64,000 nt of DNA from Aquimonas sp. (GCA_035440755.1 DAORND010000008.1:1796-65795); one strand, 5' to 3'. Positions 26,822 through 37,194 are shown, numbered from the stretch's first letter. Made by a program: numbers and translations. Notes: a model not told the origin generated them from the letters alone.

Positions 26822-29800
26822 TTACATGTTGCGCCGGTATTTCCCGCCCGCTGCAAACAAGACCTGGCTGATTTCGCCGAGTGAGCAGTAGCGGACGGCC
26901 TCCATCAGTGCTTCGAAGACGTTGTCGCCTTGCATGGCGGCACGTTTTACCGACGCGAGTTGCGGTGCCCGTTGATCGGCATGGCGGCGCTGGAAGTCGC
27001 GCAGGCGGTTGAGTTGTGAGTGCTTTTCGTCTTCCGTTGAGCGCGCCAGTTCGATGGGGCGATCAATGTTCTGGCTGTCGGGGCCAAGGAAGGTGTTGAC
27101 GCCGATGATGGGCAGACTGCCGTCGTGTTTGCGGTGCTCGTAGAGCATCGACTCGTCCTGGATCTTGCCGCGCTGATAGCCGGTTTCCATGGCACCCAGC
27201 ACACCGCCGCGTGAGGTGATGGCATCGAATTCACGCAATACGGCTTCTTCCACCAGGTCGGTTAGTTCATCGATGATGAAGCTGCCCTGCAGGGGGTTTT
27301 CGTTTTTCGCCAGGCCGAATTCGCGGTTGATGATGAGCTGGATCGCCATGGCGCGCCGCACCGATTCGTCGGTCGGCGTGGTGATGGCTTCGTCGTAGGC
27401 GTTGGTATGCAGGCTGTTGCAGTTGTCGTTGATGGCCAGCAGCGCCTGCAAGGTGGTGCGGATGTCGTTGAAGTCCATTTCCTGCGCGTGCAATGAACGG
27501 CCCGATGTCTGCACGTGGTACTTCAATTTCTGGCTGCGTTCGTTGGCGCCGTACTTGTCGCGCATCGTGATGGCCCAGATTCGCCGAGCCACGCGACCAA
27601 TCACCGTGTATTCCGGGTCCATGCCATTGCTGAAGAAAAAACTCAGGTTGGGTGCGAAGTCATCGATGTGCATGCCGCGCGCGAGATAGCTCTCGACGTA
27701 GGTAAACCCGTTGGATAGCGTGAAGGCGAGCTGGCTGATCGGGTTCGCGCCCGCTTCGGCGATGTGATAGCCAGATATCGACACCGAGTAGAAGTTCTGC
27801 ACCTTGTGCTCGACGAAATAGGCTTGGATGTCGCCCATCATCTTCAAGGCGAATTCGGTGCTGAAGATGCAGGTGTTCTGGCCCTGATCTTCCTTGAGGA
27901 TGTCGGCTTGCACGGTGCCACGTACGGTCTGCAGCGTGCGTGCCTTAAGTGACGCATATTCGGTTGCGTCTGGCTCGCGTCCGTGCGTGGCGACAAACCG
28001 CGCGTGCTGCTGATCGATGGCAGTGTTGAGGAACATGGCCAGGATGATCGGGGCCGGGCCATTAATGGTCATCGACACCGAGGTCGTGGGGGCGCAGAGG
28101 TCGAATCCGTCGTACAGCGCACGCATGTCTTCGAGATTGCAGATCGACACCCCGGCGTTGCCGATCTTGCCGTAGATGTCGGGTCGCTCGTCCGGGTCCC
28201 AGCCGTACAGCGTCACGGAATCGAAGGCGGTGGACAGGCGATGCGCAGGCATGCCTTCCGACACACGCTTGAACCGACGATTGGTGCGGAAGGCATCGCC
28301 TTCGCCAGCGAACATACGGGTCGGGTCCTCACCTTCGCGTTTGAACGGGAACACGCCCGCCGTGAAGGGAAAGTAGCCCGGCAGGTGTTCGCTGCGCAGA
28401 AAGCGCAGCAGGTCGCCGTCGCCCAGGAAGCGGGGCAGGGACACTTTCGCGATTGCATTGCCGGACAAGGTTTCATGGCGAAGCTGGGTGCGCAGTTCGC
28501 GATCCCGGACATGGGTGATGAAGGCATCGCCGGCGTATCGCGCCGCCAAGGCGGGCCACTCAGCGAGAAGGCGCTGGCTGTGAGTATCCAGACCGGACGC
28601 AATGCCATCTGCAGCCGCCTGCCAGGCCGGGTCGTCCCGGAGGTGCTCTGGCAACAAGGCGTGCGCCTGACGCAGTGCCTGAGCCTGTTGGGCAAGTTTC
28701 GCCTGGCGCGTGGTGGCTTGGTGGTAATGGCGCACCGTGTCGGCAATTTCCGAGAGGTAGCGCACCCGCTCGGGCGGTACACCGGAGCGGCGATTACTCG
28801 ATGCTTTGACTGCCACCGGACTCAGCTTGCCGAGCTGCAGACGCAGTCCGTGAGCGATCAGTAGCGGTGTCAGGGCTTGATACAGCGCGCTGACGCCGTC
28901 GTCGTTGAAACGCGCCGCCATGGTGCCGAATACGGGCATGGCGTCGAGTGGTTCGGCAAAGCGCTCGCGGTTGCGCTGGACCTGCTTGCGCACGTCGCGA
29001 AGGGCATCCTCGGCACCTTTGCGGTCGAACTTGTTGATCGCCACGACATCGGCAAAATCGAGCATGTCGATCTTTTCCAGTTGCGAGGCCGCGCCGAACT
29101 CCGGCGTCATCACGTATAGCGAGACATCCACGAAGGGAACGATGGCGGCATCGCCTTGGCCGATGCCCGAGGTCTCAACGATGATCAGGTCAAAGCCGCA
29201 GACCGTGCAGGCGGCGATCACGTCACTCAGGGAGTTGGAGATCTCGCTGCCAGCGTCGCGTGTCGCCAGCGAGCGCATGTGAATGCGCGGGCTCTCGATG
29301 GCATTCATGCGAATGCGATCACCCAGCAGCGCGCCACCGGTGCGGCGGCGGGTGGGATCGATGGAGATAACCGCAATGTCGAGTTGGTCGTCCTGATCCT
29401 GTCGCAAACGCAGGATCAGTTCATCGGTGAGCGAGGATTTGCCCGCGCCGCCGGTGCCGGTGATGCCCAGTCGCGGGGTTGGACGCTGTGCGGCGGCGGC
29501 GCGCAATGCGTGCAGCGTTGCGGCATCGTAGTGACCGTGCTCGATGGCGGAAATCGCGCCGGCAAGCGCGCGACGATTACCAGATTGCAACTGACCGAGC
29601 AGTTCATCGGCGGTCGGGGCATGGCGGCAAATGTCGAAATCGGACGACTGCAGGAGGTCTGCGATCATGCCCTGCAATCCCATCGCGGCGCCGTCGGCCG
29701 GTGAGTACAGGCGCGTGACGCCGTAAGCCATCAATTCGCGAATCTCGGCGGGCACGATCACCCCACCGCCACCACCGAAGACACGGATATGCGAGCCACC

Positions 29801-30070
29801 CCGCGCACGCAACTGGTCGATCATGTAGCGGAAGAACTCGTTGTGGCCGCCTTGATACGAGGTCACGGCGATGGCGTGTGCGTCCTCCTGCAGCGCGGCG
29901 TTGACGATCTCGTCCACCGAGCGGTTGTGGCCAAGATGGATGACCTCTGCGCCCATCGACTGCAGGATGCGTCGCATGATGTTGATCGACGCGTCATGAC
30001 CATCGAACAGCGATGTCGCTGTGATGATCCGAATCTTGTGTTGCGGGCGAAAGCTGGCGGAGTTCGACAT
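26822..30070 (-). CDS. icmF: Fused isobutyryl-CoA mutase / MeaB-like GTPase chaperone (B12-dependent)
   Basis: N-terminal B12-binding SLFDGHDASINIMRR, G-domain GTGGAGKSS...DPT...ETSGIGQ...NKFD, mutase domain DPTRMFAGEG (Phe specificity position), 1082 aa. Confidence 0.95.
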   Translation of the reverse strand: MSNSASFRPQHKIRIITATSLFDGHDASINIMRRILQSMGAEVIHLGHNRSVDEIVNAALQEDAHAIAVTSYQGGHNEFFRYMIDQLRARGGSHIRVFGGGGGVIVPAEIRELMAYGVTRLYSPADGAAMGLQGMIADLLQSSDFDICRHAPTADELLGQLQSGNRRALAGAISAIEHGHYDAATLHALRAAAAQRPTPRLGITGTGGAGKSSLTDELILRLRQDQDDQLDIAVISIDPTRRRTGGALLGDRIRMNAIESPRIHMRSLATRDAGSEISNSLSDVIAACTVCGFDLIIVETSGIGQGDAAIVPFVDVSLYVMTPEFGAASQLEKIDMLDFADVVAINKFDRKGAEDALRDVRKQVQRNRERFAEPLDAMPVFGTMAARFNDDGVSALYQALTPLLIAHGLRLQLGKLSPVAVKASSNRRSGVPPERVRYLSEIADTVRHYHQATTRQAKLAQQAQALRQAHALLPEHLRDDPAWQAAADGIASGLDTHSQRLLAEWPALAARYAGDAFITHVRDRELRTQLRHETLSGNAIAKVSLPRFLGDGDLLRFLRSEHLPGYFPFTAGVFPFKREGEDPTRMFAGEGDAFRTNRRFKRVSEGMPAHRLSTAFDSVTLYGWDPDERPDIYGKIGNAGVSICNLEDMRALYDGFDLCAPTTSVSMTINGPAPIILAMFLNTAIDQQHARFVATHGREPDATEYASLKARTLQTVRGTVQADILKEDQGQNTCIFSTEFALKMMGDIQAYFVEHKVQNFYSVSISGYHIAEAGANPISQLAFTLSNGFTYVESYLARGMHIDDFAPNLSFFFSNGMDPEYTVIGRVARRIWAITMRDKYGANERSQKLKYHVQTSGRSLHAQEMDFNDIRTTLQALLAINDNCNSLHTNAYDEAITTPTDESVRRAMAIQLIINREFGLAKNENPLQGSFIIDELTDLVEEAVLREFDAITSRGGVLGAMETGYQRGKIQDESMLYEHRKHDGSLPIIGVNTFLGPDSQNIDRPIELARSTEDEKHSQLNRLRDFQRRHADQRAPQLASVKRAAMQGDNVFEALMEAVRYCSLGEISQVLFAAGGKYRRNM

Positions 30071-30163
30071 GGACAGACGACGGACGCGGGAGGAAGATCA
30101 TCTTACCCGCCGCGTCTGCGCATCGTCGAAAAGCAAGCCGGCGGGTACACCTCGCTGTCTTGA

Positions 30164-30631
30164 TCAGCGCTTGGGCTGCAACAGCGTCCCGCTGCATTGG
30201 TCTGCACCACACAGGCACGCCCAGAGCTTCTTCAAGCGAGGTGTGTGCGGAACAGATAGACGAATACCGTAGTTGTAAGTCAGTTCCTCGCCCACCGCGA
30301 TGTCACGCAGGGCTTCGATCACCACGCGGTCCTTGTGCGGTTTGCCGTTGCTGGACTCGATCAGAAACGCCTGGCAGTTCGGTTCGCAACTGTGATTGAG
30401 CCAGCGCGCGACATTACCTTTCACATTGGCGTCGATCAGGTAGTGCTCGTTCAGCGTGAACAGGAAGGTGTGCCCGCTGTCGATGCTGTTACCGTAAAGC
30501 GCGTCGGCCTCCTCGTGGGTGCGCAGCAGGCCTTTGTATTCGACGACTTTTTCGCCCGCGTGAATGGGCGCGATGGCAAACACGCCATTGCCATGGATGC
30601 GTGAGCGACGTTGCTGGATACGGGCGGACAT
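30164..30631 (-). CDS. SET-domain protein-lysine methyltransferase with post-SET cysteines
   Basis: SRIHGNGVFA, ARWLNHSCEPN, GEELTYNY, CLCGADQC. Confidence 0.92.
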   Translation of the reverse strand: MSARIQQRRSRIHGNGVFAIAPIHAGEKVVEYKGLLRTHEEADALYGNSIDSGHTFLFTLNEHYLIDANVKGNVARWLNHSCEPNCQAFLIESSNGKPHKDRVVIEALRDIAVGEELTYNYGIRLSVPHTPRLKKLWACLCGADQCSGTLLQPKR

Positions 30632-30640
30632 GGGGTGTGC

Positions 30641-31093
30641 TTAGTTCGTTTGCGAAGACGTGGCACGCTCGAAATGCCAGCGCTCGCCAGCATCGGTGAC
30701 CAGTTGCAGTTGTGTCGCGCCCACCTGCAGTGACGTCGCCCGACGAAGCGCTTCAAGATAGGCGGTTTCGATAGCCATGCGCGCGGGTTCGCAGCCCATC
30801 TTGCTGGCGGCAATGCCACTGATGGCAATCACCGCATCGGATTGCCACTGCAACTGCCCCAGGTAGCGATTGCAGCCATCGAAGCCGCTGATTCGCGTGT
30901 CCTCGATATGCAATGTCGGCGGCGCGAGGGCAATGCTGGCGGCATCCAGTTGATCAGATTCCGTCAGTTGCCAGTCGCCTTGAGCGGCGGTTTGCGGGCT
31001 TTGCTTGGCGTCGGTGCGCATGCTTTCGTTGGCTCCCGAACAGGCCAGTAGGCCCAGTGAACACAGTGTGCTGAGGATCATCAACCTGCGCAC
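30641..31093 (-). CDS. META-domain (HslJ-like) lipoprotein
   Basis: Lipobox LLAC, WQL, ISGFDGCNRY.G, ASKMGC...M..E..YL.AL; GAGGAG RBS before GTG at 31093. Confidence 0.85.
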   Translation of the reverse strand: MRRLMILSTLCSLGLLACSGANESMRTDAKQSPQTAAQGDWQLTESDQLDAASIALAPPTLHIEDTRISGFDGCNRYLGQLQWQSDAVIAISGIAASKMGCEPARMAIETAYLEALRRATSLQVGATQLQLVTDAGERWHFERATSSQTN

Positions 31094-31103
31094 GGCATTC
31101 TCC

Positions 31104-32597
31104 TCAGCAGCAACCATGATCGCCAAAGCCATGCCCACCCGCGCTGACCGCGACTTGCGTCGTCTCGCCGCGTTGGCTGGCCTGGAAATGCTCGGCGATA
31201 ACGCGCGCGACGGCTTGAGTGACACGCTTTCCGGTGGGGATGTGCAGGAACTCGTTCGGACCATGGGCATTGCTGTGTGGCCCGAGCACGCCGGTAATCA
31301 TGAACTGCGCGCCGGGGAACTTCTCGCCCAGCATGCCCATGAAGGGAATCGTGCCGCCTTCGCCCATGTAGACCGCCGATTGCCCGAAGGCATCCTGGGA
31401 GGCGTGATCGATGGCATGGGAAAGCCAGTGCGACATCGCTGGCGCATTCCAGCCGGTCGAGCTCTTTTCCAGTTCGAACTCGACTTTCGCGCCATAGGGC
31501 GGGTTGTCCAGCAGTAACTTGCGCAGCACTTGACCCGCCTTGTCGCCTTCCAGCGTCGGTGGCAGACGCAACGAGAGTTTCACCGCCGTGTGGGGGCGCA
31601 AAACATTGCCTGCATTCGACAGAGGCGGAATGCCATCCACGCCGGTAATCGACAGCGCCGGTCGCCAAGTGCGATTCAACACCAGTTCGTGCAGCTCGTT
31701 CGCCATCGGCTGCATTTCGGGCAGGAACGGGAATTTGTTCCAGATCGCGTCACCGAGCACCGTCGCTGCGCGCTTGGCTTGCTCGATGCGCTCAGTGGGG
31801 ATATCGACGAACAGTTCTTCGACACGAACTCGCCCCGTGATTTCGTCCTCAAGGCGCGACAGCAGTTGCCGCAGCACGCGAAAGCTGGACGGCACCACGC
31901 CGGAGGCATCCCCCGAGTGAACCCCTTCGGACAGCACTTTGACGACCAGATTGCCGCCCGCCAGGCCACGCAGCGATGTGGTGCACCACAGTTGATCGTA
32001 GTTACCGCAGCCCGAGTCCAGGCAGACCACCAAGGAGGGTTTGCCGATGCGCTCGGCCAGATGATCGACGTAGTGCGGCAGGTCGTAACTGCCGGACTCT
32101 TCGCAGGCCTCGATGAGGACAACGCAACGGCAATGCGGAAGGCCCTGTTCCTGCAGCGAGCGAATCGCCGCCAGCGAACCGAACAGTGCGTAACCATCAT
32201 CGGCGCCGCCGCGCCCGTACAACTTGTCGCCTTTGATGACCGGCTTCCAAGGGCCAAGATCGTCGGCCCAACCGGTCATTTCGGGTTGTTTGTCGAGATG
32301 CCCGTATAGCAGCACCGCATCGCTGTTGTTGGCGTCGGTGCCCGCGATCTCAATGAAGATCAGCGGCGTGCGGCCCGGCAGACGGACCACTTCGAGCTGC
32401 ATGCCCTTCAGCGGTTGGGTTCGCGCCCAACGTTCCATCAGTCCAACGGCATCCTCCATGTAGCCATGCGCAACCCAGTCGGCATCGAACATGGGTGACT
32501 TGTTGGGAATGCGGATGTAGTCGACCAACTGCGGAATGATTTCGTCATCCCAAAGTTGCGAGATGAATCGGGAGCACTGCTGCGAATCCATGGGCAT
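31104..32597 (-). CDS. M20/M25/M40 family metallopeptidase
   Basis: LLYGHLDKQP, GRGGADDG, ACEESGS, NAHGPNEFL. Confidence 0.93.
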   Translation of the reverse strand: MPMDSQQCSRFISQLWDDEIIPQLVDYIRIPNKSPMFDADWVAHGYMEDAVGLMERWARTQPLKGMQLEVVRLPGRTPLIFIEIAGTDANNSDAVLLYGHLDKQPEMTGWADDLGPWKPVIKGDKLYGRGGADDGYALFGSLAAIRSLQEQGLPHCRCVVLIEACEESGSYDLPHYVDHLAERIGKPSLVVCLDSGCGNYDQLWCTTSLRGLAGGNLVVKVLSEGVHSGDASGVVPSSFRVLRQLLSRLEDEITGRVRVEELFVDIPTERIEQAKRAATVLGDAIWNKFPFLPEMQPMANELHELVLNRTWRPALSITGVDGIPPLSNAGNVLRPHTAVKLSLRLPPTLEGDKAGQVLRKLLLDNPPYGAKVEFELEKSSTGWNAPAMSHWLSHAIDHASQDAFGQSAVYMGEGGTIPFMGMLGEKFPGAQFMITGVLGPHSNAHGPNEFLHIPTGKRVTQAVARVIAEHFQASQRGETTQVAVSAGGHGFGDHGCC

Positions 32598-32803
32598 TCC
32601 AGAACCAGGGGCGAGGGCCGCAGTTTACTTGCTGTCCGACCGAGTCGCAGGGAATGGGTCAGAAAAAACCGACAGAAGGCTGCGTGAAGTTCGGACCTTG
32701 CATCGGGGTTCCCGCTGATCGTGGCGAGGTCGGCAAATCCGGAGACTGTCCTCACTGGCCGAGCAGCGGTCAGCCCACCCAAATCACCCTGAGGAGAGTT
32801 GCC

Positions 32804-33085
32804 ATGAACCGTTTCGCCATGATCCTGAAGTCCTTCGTTCTGTCCCTGGCCTTTGTTGGTGCGGCATTTGCCAGCGCTGGCAAGGTCGACATCAATACCG
32901 CCGACGCGGCCACCATCGCTGCCGCACTGAACGGCGTTGGTCCTGCCAAGGCGGAAGCCATTGTGGCCTACCGCACCGAGCATGGTCCGTTCAAGTCGAT
33001 CGATCAGTTGGTTGAAGTGCGCGGCATCGGTTTGGCAACGGTCGACAAGAATCGCGAGTTGATCGTGCTGGGCGGCGCGAAGTAA
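32804..33085 (+). CDS. comEA: ComEA family periplasmic DNA-binding (HhH) protein
   Basis: Signal peptide, VDINTADAATIAAALNGVGPAKAEAIVAYR..HGPF.S.DQL.EV.GIG; GAGGAG RBS. Confidence 0.93.
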   Translation: MNRFAMILKSFVLSLAFVGAAFASAGKVDINTADAATIAAALNGVGPAKAEAIVAYRTEHGPFKSIDQLVEVRGIGLATVDKNRELIVLGGAK

Positions 33086-33159
33086 GCGTAGCCAATCGCC
33101 ATCACGCGAGCCAATCCCGACCTGCCCAGTGCAGGCCGGGATTCGCGCTGTTCAGCGGC

Positions 33160-33792
33160 TCAGGACCATTCGGTCAGCCCTTCACGGGCGTACAGCTCGG
33201 CAAAGCTCGGTCGCGCCTTCATGCGCGCGACAAACGCCGCACAGGCGGGCCATGTGGTGGCCGGACGCGGCATGTTGCGCGACCAACGCATCAGCATGAA
33301 CAGGAAGAAATCCACCGCATACGGCTGATTGCCGCACAGGTAGGCATCGGTACTCGCCAACTGCGAGTCGATGCGAGCGAACAGGTTTTCGATGCGCTCC
33401 TGCGCGCGCGCCTTCGCCCCATCGACCGCCGCTTCGCCAGCCGCCTCCTGAGGGTAGAACCAATTCCGGAAGGCGGGCTGCAGGCCGTTCGCGAGCAGCA
33501 GGAACCAACTGAGATACAAGCGCTCCTCGGCGCTGCCCGGCGCGGGGGCAAAGCGTCGTTGCGAATCGTTGGCTGCCAACCACATCAGCATGGCCGCCGA
33601 CTCAACCATCGGTACCTCATCGACCAGCAGCGTGGGCACCACACCGCCAGGATTGAGCTTCAGATAGGCCTCGGATTTTTGCTCGCCTTTGCTGGTGTCG
33701 ACACGCTGCAGGCGATGCTCGATGCCCAGTTCGATGAGAAGGTGATGCACGCACAGGCTGGCAGCGCCGGGTGAGAAATACAGTGTCAACAT
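33160..33792 (-). CDS. Glutathione S-transferase (beta class-like)
   Basis: MLTLYFSPGAASL, LNPGGVVPTL, ESAAML, YLCG...AVDFFLFML.RW. Confidence 0.93.
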   Translation of the reverse strand: MLTLYFSPGAASLCVHHLLIELGIEHRLQRVDTSKGEQKSEAYLKLNPGGVVPTLLVDEVPMVESAAMLMWLAANDSQRRFAPAPGSAEERLYLSWFLLLANGLQPAFRNWFYPQEAAGEAAVDGAKARAQERIENLFARIDSQLASTDAYLCGNQPYAVDFFLFMLMRWSRNMPRPATTWPACAAFVARMKARPSFAELYAREGLTEWS

Positions 33793-33876
33793 GGCAGGTT
33801 CCTGAAATCGAGTGGGAGTGAGCGGGTAGGGCACCGCGTTGTTCTGCGATGATGCGAGCCTGACTATGAGGTGCCC

Positions 33877-34350
33877 ATGATCTTGCCGCAATACCGAATT
33901 GGACCTTCGCCGATCCCTGGCGCGGGGCAGGGCGTGTTCGCCGCAGAACGCATCGTGGCGGGGCGTGTGATCGTCGCGCCAGACGCGATTCCGCGTGTCC
34001 ATCACATTGCCGATGTGCATGCCATGCCGAACGCCGAGGCGGCCCTTGCGGCCTGTGTGCGGTGGTTTGAAGACCGATTCACGGTGACGCCGGAATGGCC
34101 TGATGAGTGCTACCTCAATCATGGTTTCGACGCCAACGGGCTCTGGCACCTCGGTTTCGTGTTTGCGGCGCGCGAGATCAGCGTGGGTGAGGAAATCCTG
34201 ATCGATTACCGGCACCTTCTGGATGCGGGGCAGGAAGAGGTTTTTCTGGATGCGCAGACCGGCACACGCATCGTCGGGTGGTCATGGGCCGATAGCCTTC
34301 GTCGATCTTCCGCTGAGTTGGCCAAGCTGGCGGCAGCTATGAGTGAATGA
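33877..34350 (+). CDS. Divergent SET-domain protein
   Basis: SPIPGAGQGVFA, YLNHGFDAN, AREISVGEEILIDY; no post-SET Cys cluster. Confidence 0.78.
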   Translation: MILPQYRIGPSPIPGAGQGVFAAERIVAGRVIVAPDAIPRVHHIADVHAMPNAEAALAACVRWFEDRFTVTPEWPDECYLNHGFDANGLWHLGFVFAAREISVGEEILIDYRHLLDAGQEEVFLDAQTGTRIVGWSWADSLRRSSAELAKLAAAMSE

Positions 34351-35100
34351 TCAGAACGCGCGATGCGCAGCGACGGACGATGATGAACCGCTCGCACCGG
34401 TTCGCCGCCTGCAGGTAAAAAACGCGTTCAAGGTAAGGCGCCCTCGTGATGGATCGGCGGAAAGCAGCGAGTCGTTCGGGATGTCGCTACTGTGAAACAC
34501 GCCACCGTCGTAGAAGATCATCCGGTTGAAGCGCGGGGGAATAGTGCTCAGATGACTGAACCATGCGTTGCTCTGGCGCATGTAGCCAGGATCGATTCCA
34601 TAGCGTGCAGCGAAGTCTCCAGCCAGTAGCGCACCGCTGTCGTGCACCAGTTGATTGATCGTCTGTGCGTCAGATTTCGGTTGAAAGAAGCAGGTTCCAC
34701 CCAGCTGCGGATCGCGGAACAGATAGGTCACGCACGCGGCAACGGATTGATCCGACGGAACGAAAAGACGGTCACGATGGCAGATCCATTGCGGTGGTGT
34801 GAGTTGGTTGGCTCGTTTCGTGACCAGCGCAAGGCGTGCGTGGCTTTGCAGAACCCGATCACCCGCCAGATACGGTGCAATCGATGCTTCGTAGAGTTGC
34901 TTGAAGCGCTCGACGATCACGGTCGGCATGGTCAGCTCGATGCCGGGATAGGCATTGTGTGGCGAGGCGATGAATGCCTGCGCTTGAAGCGAGGCGCGTT
35001 CCACCCAGCGCTCGGGCTCGGCCAATGCGTCGTCCAGAATCACGACGCAATGTGGTCCAAACAAGGGGTGAAGGCTCAATCTGGCGTTTGGATTGAACAT
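34351..35100 (-). CDS. DUF6445-like protein (probable 2OG-Fe(II) oxygenase fold)
   Basis: VILDDALAEPE, NAYPGI, CHRD (HxD), YLF....LGGT.F, FNRMIFYDG..FHS, RLTLN.F. Confidence 0.7.
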   Translation of the reverse strand: MFNPNARLSLHPLFGPHCVVILDDALAEPERWVERASLQAQAFIASPHNAYPGIELTMPTVIVERFKQLYEASIAPYLAGDRVLQSHARLALVTKRANQLTPPQWICHRDRLFVPSDQSVAACVTYLFRDPQLGGTCFFQPKSDAQTINQLVHDSGALLAGDFAARYGIDPGYMRQSNAWFSHLSTIPPRFNRMIFYDGGVFHSSDIPNDSLLSADPSRGRLTLNAFFTCRRRTGASGSSSSVAAHRAF

Positions 35101-35106
35101 CGGAAC

Positions 35107-36069
35107 TCAGTCGTCTTGCGGCGTTGATTTGCCGAACAGGAAGAGAAGCGGTTGGTCCAAGCGCTCTGCCCAGGCTTGCTCGCTGTGCTCTGTACCGGGA
35201 AAGTAGCGCGTTTGCCAATCGATCTGGGGTCTGTATCCGTGCGCCGCGACGATGGCATCCACACGCGGCTGCAGTATGGGATAGAGCGCGTCCAGCGTGG
35301 CATCGCCATGATCGAAGTAGAGGCGATGTCGTCCTGCCTGCGGCAAGTCGGCATCCAGCCAGCTCAACAAGGCATCAGGAACCGGATTGTCTTCAATTTG
35401 GAACAGTCCCGGCCAATGCGTTGACAGGCAGGCCGCGCCAGCAAAAGCGTCAGGGTATCGCGATAGCGTGTAGATCGAAATCAGGCCGCCCATGCTGGAG
35501 CCCATCAGATAGGCGTGCTCTCCGCCCTTTGCGACGGCGTACTCGCGTTCGATGACCGGTCGCAGTTCTTCAACCAGAAAGCGCGCGTAGGCATCTGCAC
35601 CGGGTGGGATGGTAAACAAGGCCTCGCCGGATTCGCGGTTCAGTCCCAACAGACGCTCCCGCTGCGAAGCGGAGAGAAACCCAAGAGCGCGCTGCGGGAA
35701 ATACTCGGCATAGCGTGCCGGCCCTGCATTCGCAATGGCGACGACAATGAAGGGACGGACCTTGCCTGCGGCCATCAGGTCGGCCGCAACCTCGTCAACG
35801 CGCCACTCCTGTCGGTTCCAACTGCTCCCGCCGTCGAACAGCATTTGTCCATCGTGCATGTACAGCGTGTCGTACGGAGCGGCATCGGGATAATCGGGTG
35901 GTGTCCAAACTCCCACGGCGCGGGACTGGATGTCGCGGAATTCGAGCTGCTGTAAGCGCTCGATGCGACCACTGGACACCTTGGGCAGACTGGCGTCCTC
36001 GCGGGCAAGAGCGGGATGTGCCAAGAACTCCACACAGAGCAGCAGCAAAAAAAACCACTTCGAGTGCAT
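35107..36069 (-). CDS. Secreted alpha/beta-hydrolase esterase (IroE/Fes-like)
   Basis: Signal peptide, LYMHDGQMLF, GSSMGG nucleophile elbow, YFDHG..TLD, EHSE..W..RL. Confidence 0.9.
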   Translation of the reverse strand: MHSKWFFLLLLCVEFLAHPALAREDASLPKVSSGRIERLQQLEFRDIQSRAVGVWTPPDYPDAAPYDTLYMHDGQMLFDGGSSWNRQEWRVDEVAADLMAAGKVRPFIVVAIANAGPARYAEYFPQRALGFLSASQRERLLGLNRESGEALFTIPPGADAYARFLVEELRPVIEREYAVAKGGEHAYLMGSSMGGLISIYTLSRYPDAFAGAACLSTHWPGLFQIEDNPVPDALLSWLDADLPQAGRHRLYFDHGDATLDALYPILQPRVDAIVAAHGYRPQIDWQTRYFPGTEHSEQAWAERLDQPLLFLFGKSTPQDD

Positions 36070-36216
36070 CGCTGAACTCCTCCGTTGGGGAGGCCAGTCT
36101 AGCGCCACAGTCCATTTGATTCGCAGCCCAGCAATCGTCCTCGACCGTCATCGTTTGGCATGGCGTGTGGCAGCAGATACTGTTTCTCGACGCGACGGTC
36201 TGGAAGGCGGATTTCG

Positions 36217-37095
36217 ATGGTGGTTGGTATTGGGGAAGCGCTCTCGGTCGGGTGTGCGCTGGCGTGGGCGGTCGGTGTCATCCTCTATCGGCGATTGGGT
36301 GAGCACTTGCCTCCACTGGCGCTGACCTTCGTCAAGAACAGTCTGGTCTGGGTCATGCTGGTGATCAGTGTGCTTGTGGTGCATGGTCCTGCGTGGCCAG
36401 CGCTGACAGCAACGCAATGGTTTTTGACAGCGCTTAGCGGTGTACTCGGCATGGCGCTCGCGGATGTCCTGTATCTGCGTGCGCTGAACGCAATCGGCGC
36501 GGGTGCGATGGGGATCATCGGAAACCTCTACAGCCCTTTTGTCATCGCCTTGTCTTTTGTGTTTCTAGGGGAGCGTTTTGGTCCGCAGCAGGCGCTGGGC
36601 TTTGGCTTGGTCATGGCTGGTGTTGTGCTGGTGGGGTATCGCTCACCGCTGAAAGAACAGGTGCCCGGTCAGGCCAAGGGCATGCTGCTTGGAGCCGCAT
36701 CAATCGCAGTGATGGCAGTTGCCATCGTGATCGTCAAGCGCGTCTTGGAGGAGAGTCCGTTGTTTTGGATCACTCTGATCCGTATGAGCGCCGCATTGGT
36801 GGTTCTCGGGGCCGTGTTGGCTTGGCGTGGAGAGCTTCGATCCGTCGTGACTGGCATGAGCATGTTGCCCTGGCGGCTGTTGCTGCCAGCCGCTTTCGTG
36901 GGGCAGTACCTGTCGACATTGATGTGGTTGGGCGGCTACAAGTTTGCGCCCGCATCGGTCGCCGCCGTGCTCAATGAGTCCGCCTCGGCATTCATCGTTC
37001 TACTGGCCTGGCTGTGGCTGAAGGAGCCGGTTAGTCGGCGAGCCATCACAGGGATCGCGTTGACCTTGACCGGCGTCACCGTGATGCTGATCTGA
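36217..37095 (+). CDS. DMT/EamA family transporter
   Basis: Ten hydrophobic segments in two EamA repeats (FLGERF, WLKEPV). Confidence 0.9.
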   Translation: MVVGIGEALSVGCALAWAVGVILYRRLGEHLPPLALTFVKNSLVWVMLVISVLVVHGPAWPALTATQWFLTALSGVLGMALADVLYLRALNAIGAGAMGIIGNLYSPFVIALSFVFLGERFGPQQALGFGLVMAGVVLVGYRSPLKEQVPGQAKGMLLGAASIAVMAVAIVIVKRVLEESPLFWITLIRMSAALVVLGAVLAWRGELRSVVTGMSMLPWRLLLPAAFVGQYLSTLMWLGGYKFAPASVAAVLNESASAFIVLLAWLWLKEPVSRRAITGIALTLTGVTVMLI

Positions 37096-37159
37096 GTTGC
37101 TATCTGCCAATTTGCGCACTGTTGGTGTCTTGAAGACGCTGTCTGTACCCGTGAACGCC

Positions 37160-37194
37160 AAAAACAAAAACAGGGCTGCCGTAAAGAAGCCCTG
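37160..37194 (-). terminator. Rho-independent terminator of the outer-membrane protein gene
   Basis: Minus strand CAGGGCT-loop-AGCCCTG followed by TTTTTGTTTTT. Confidence 0.75.
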
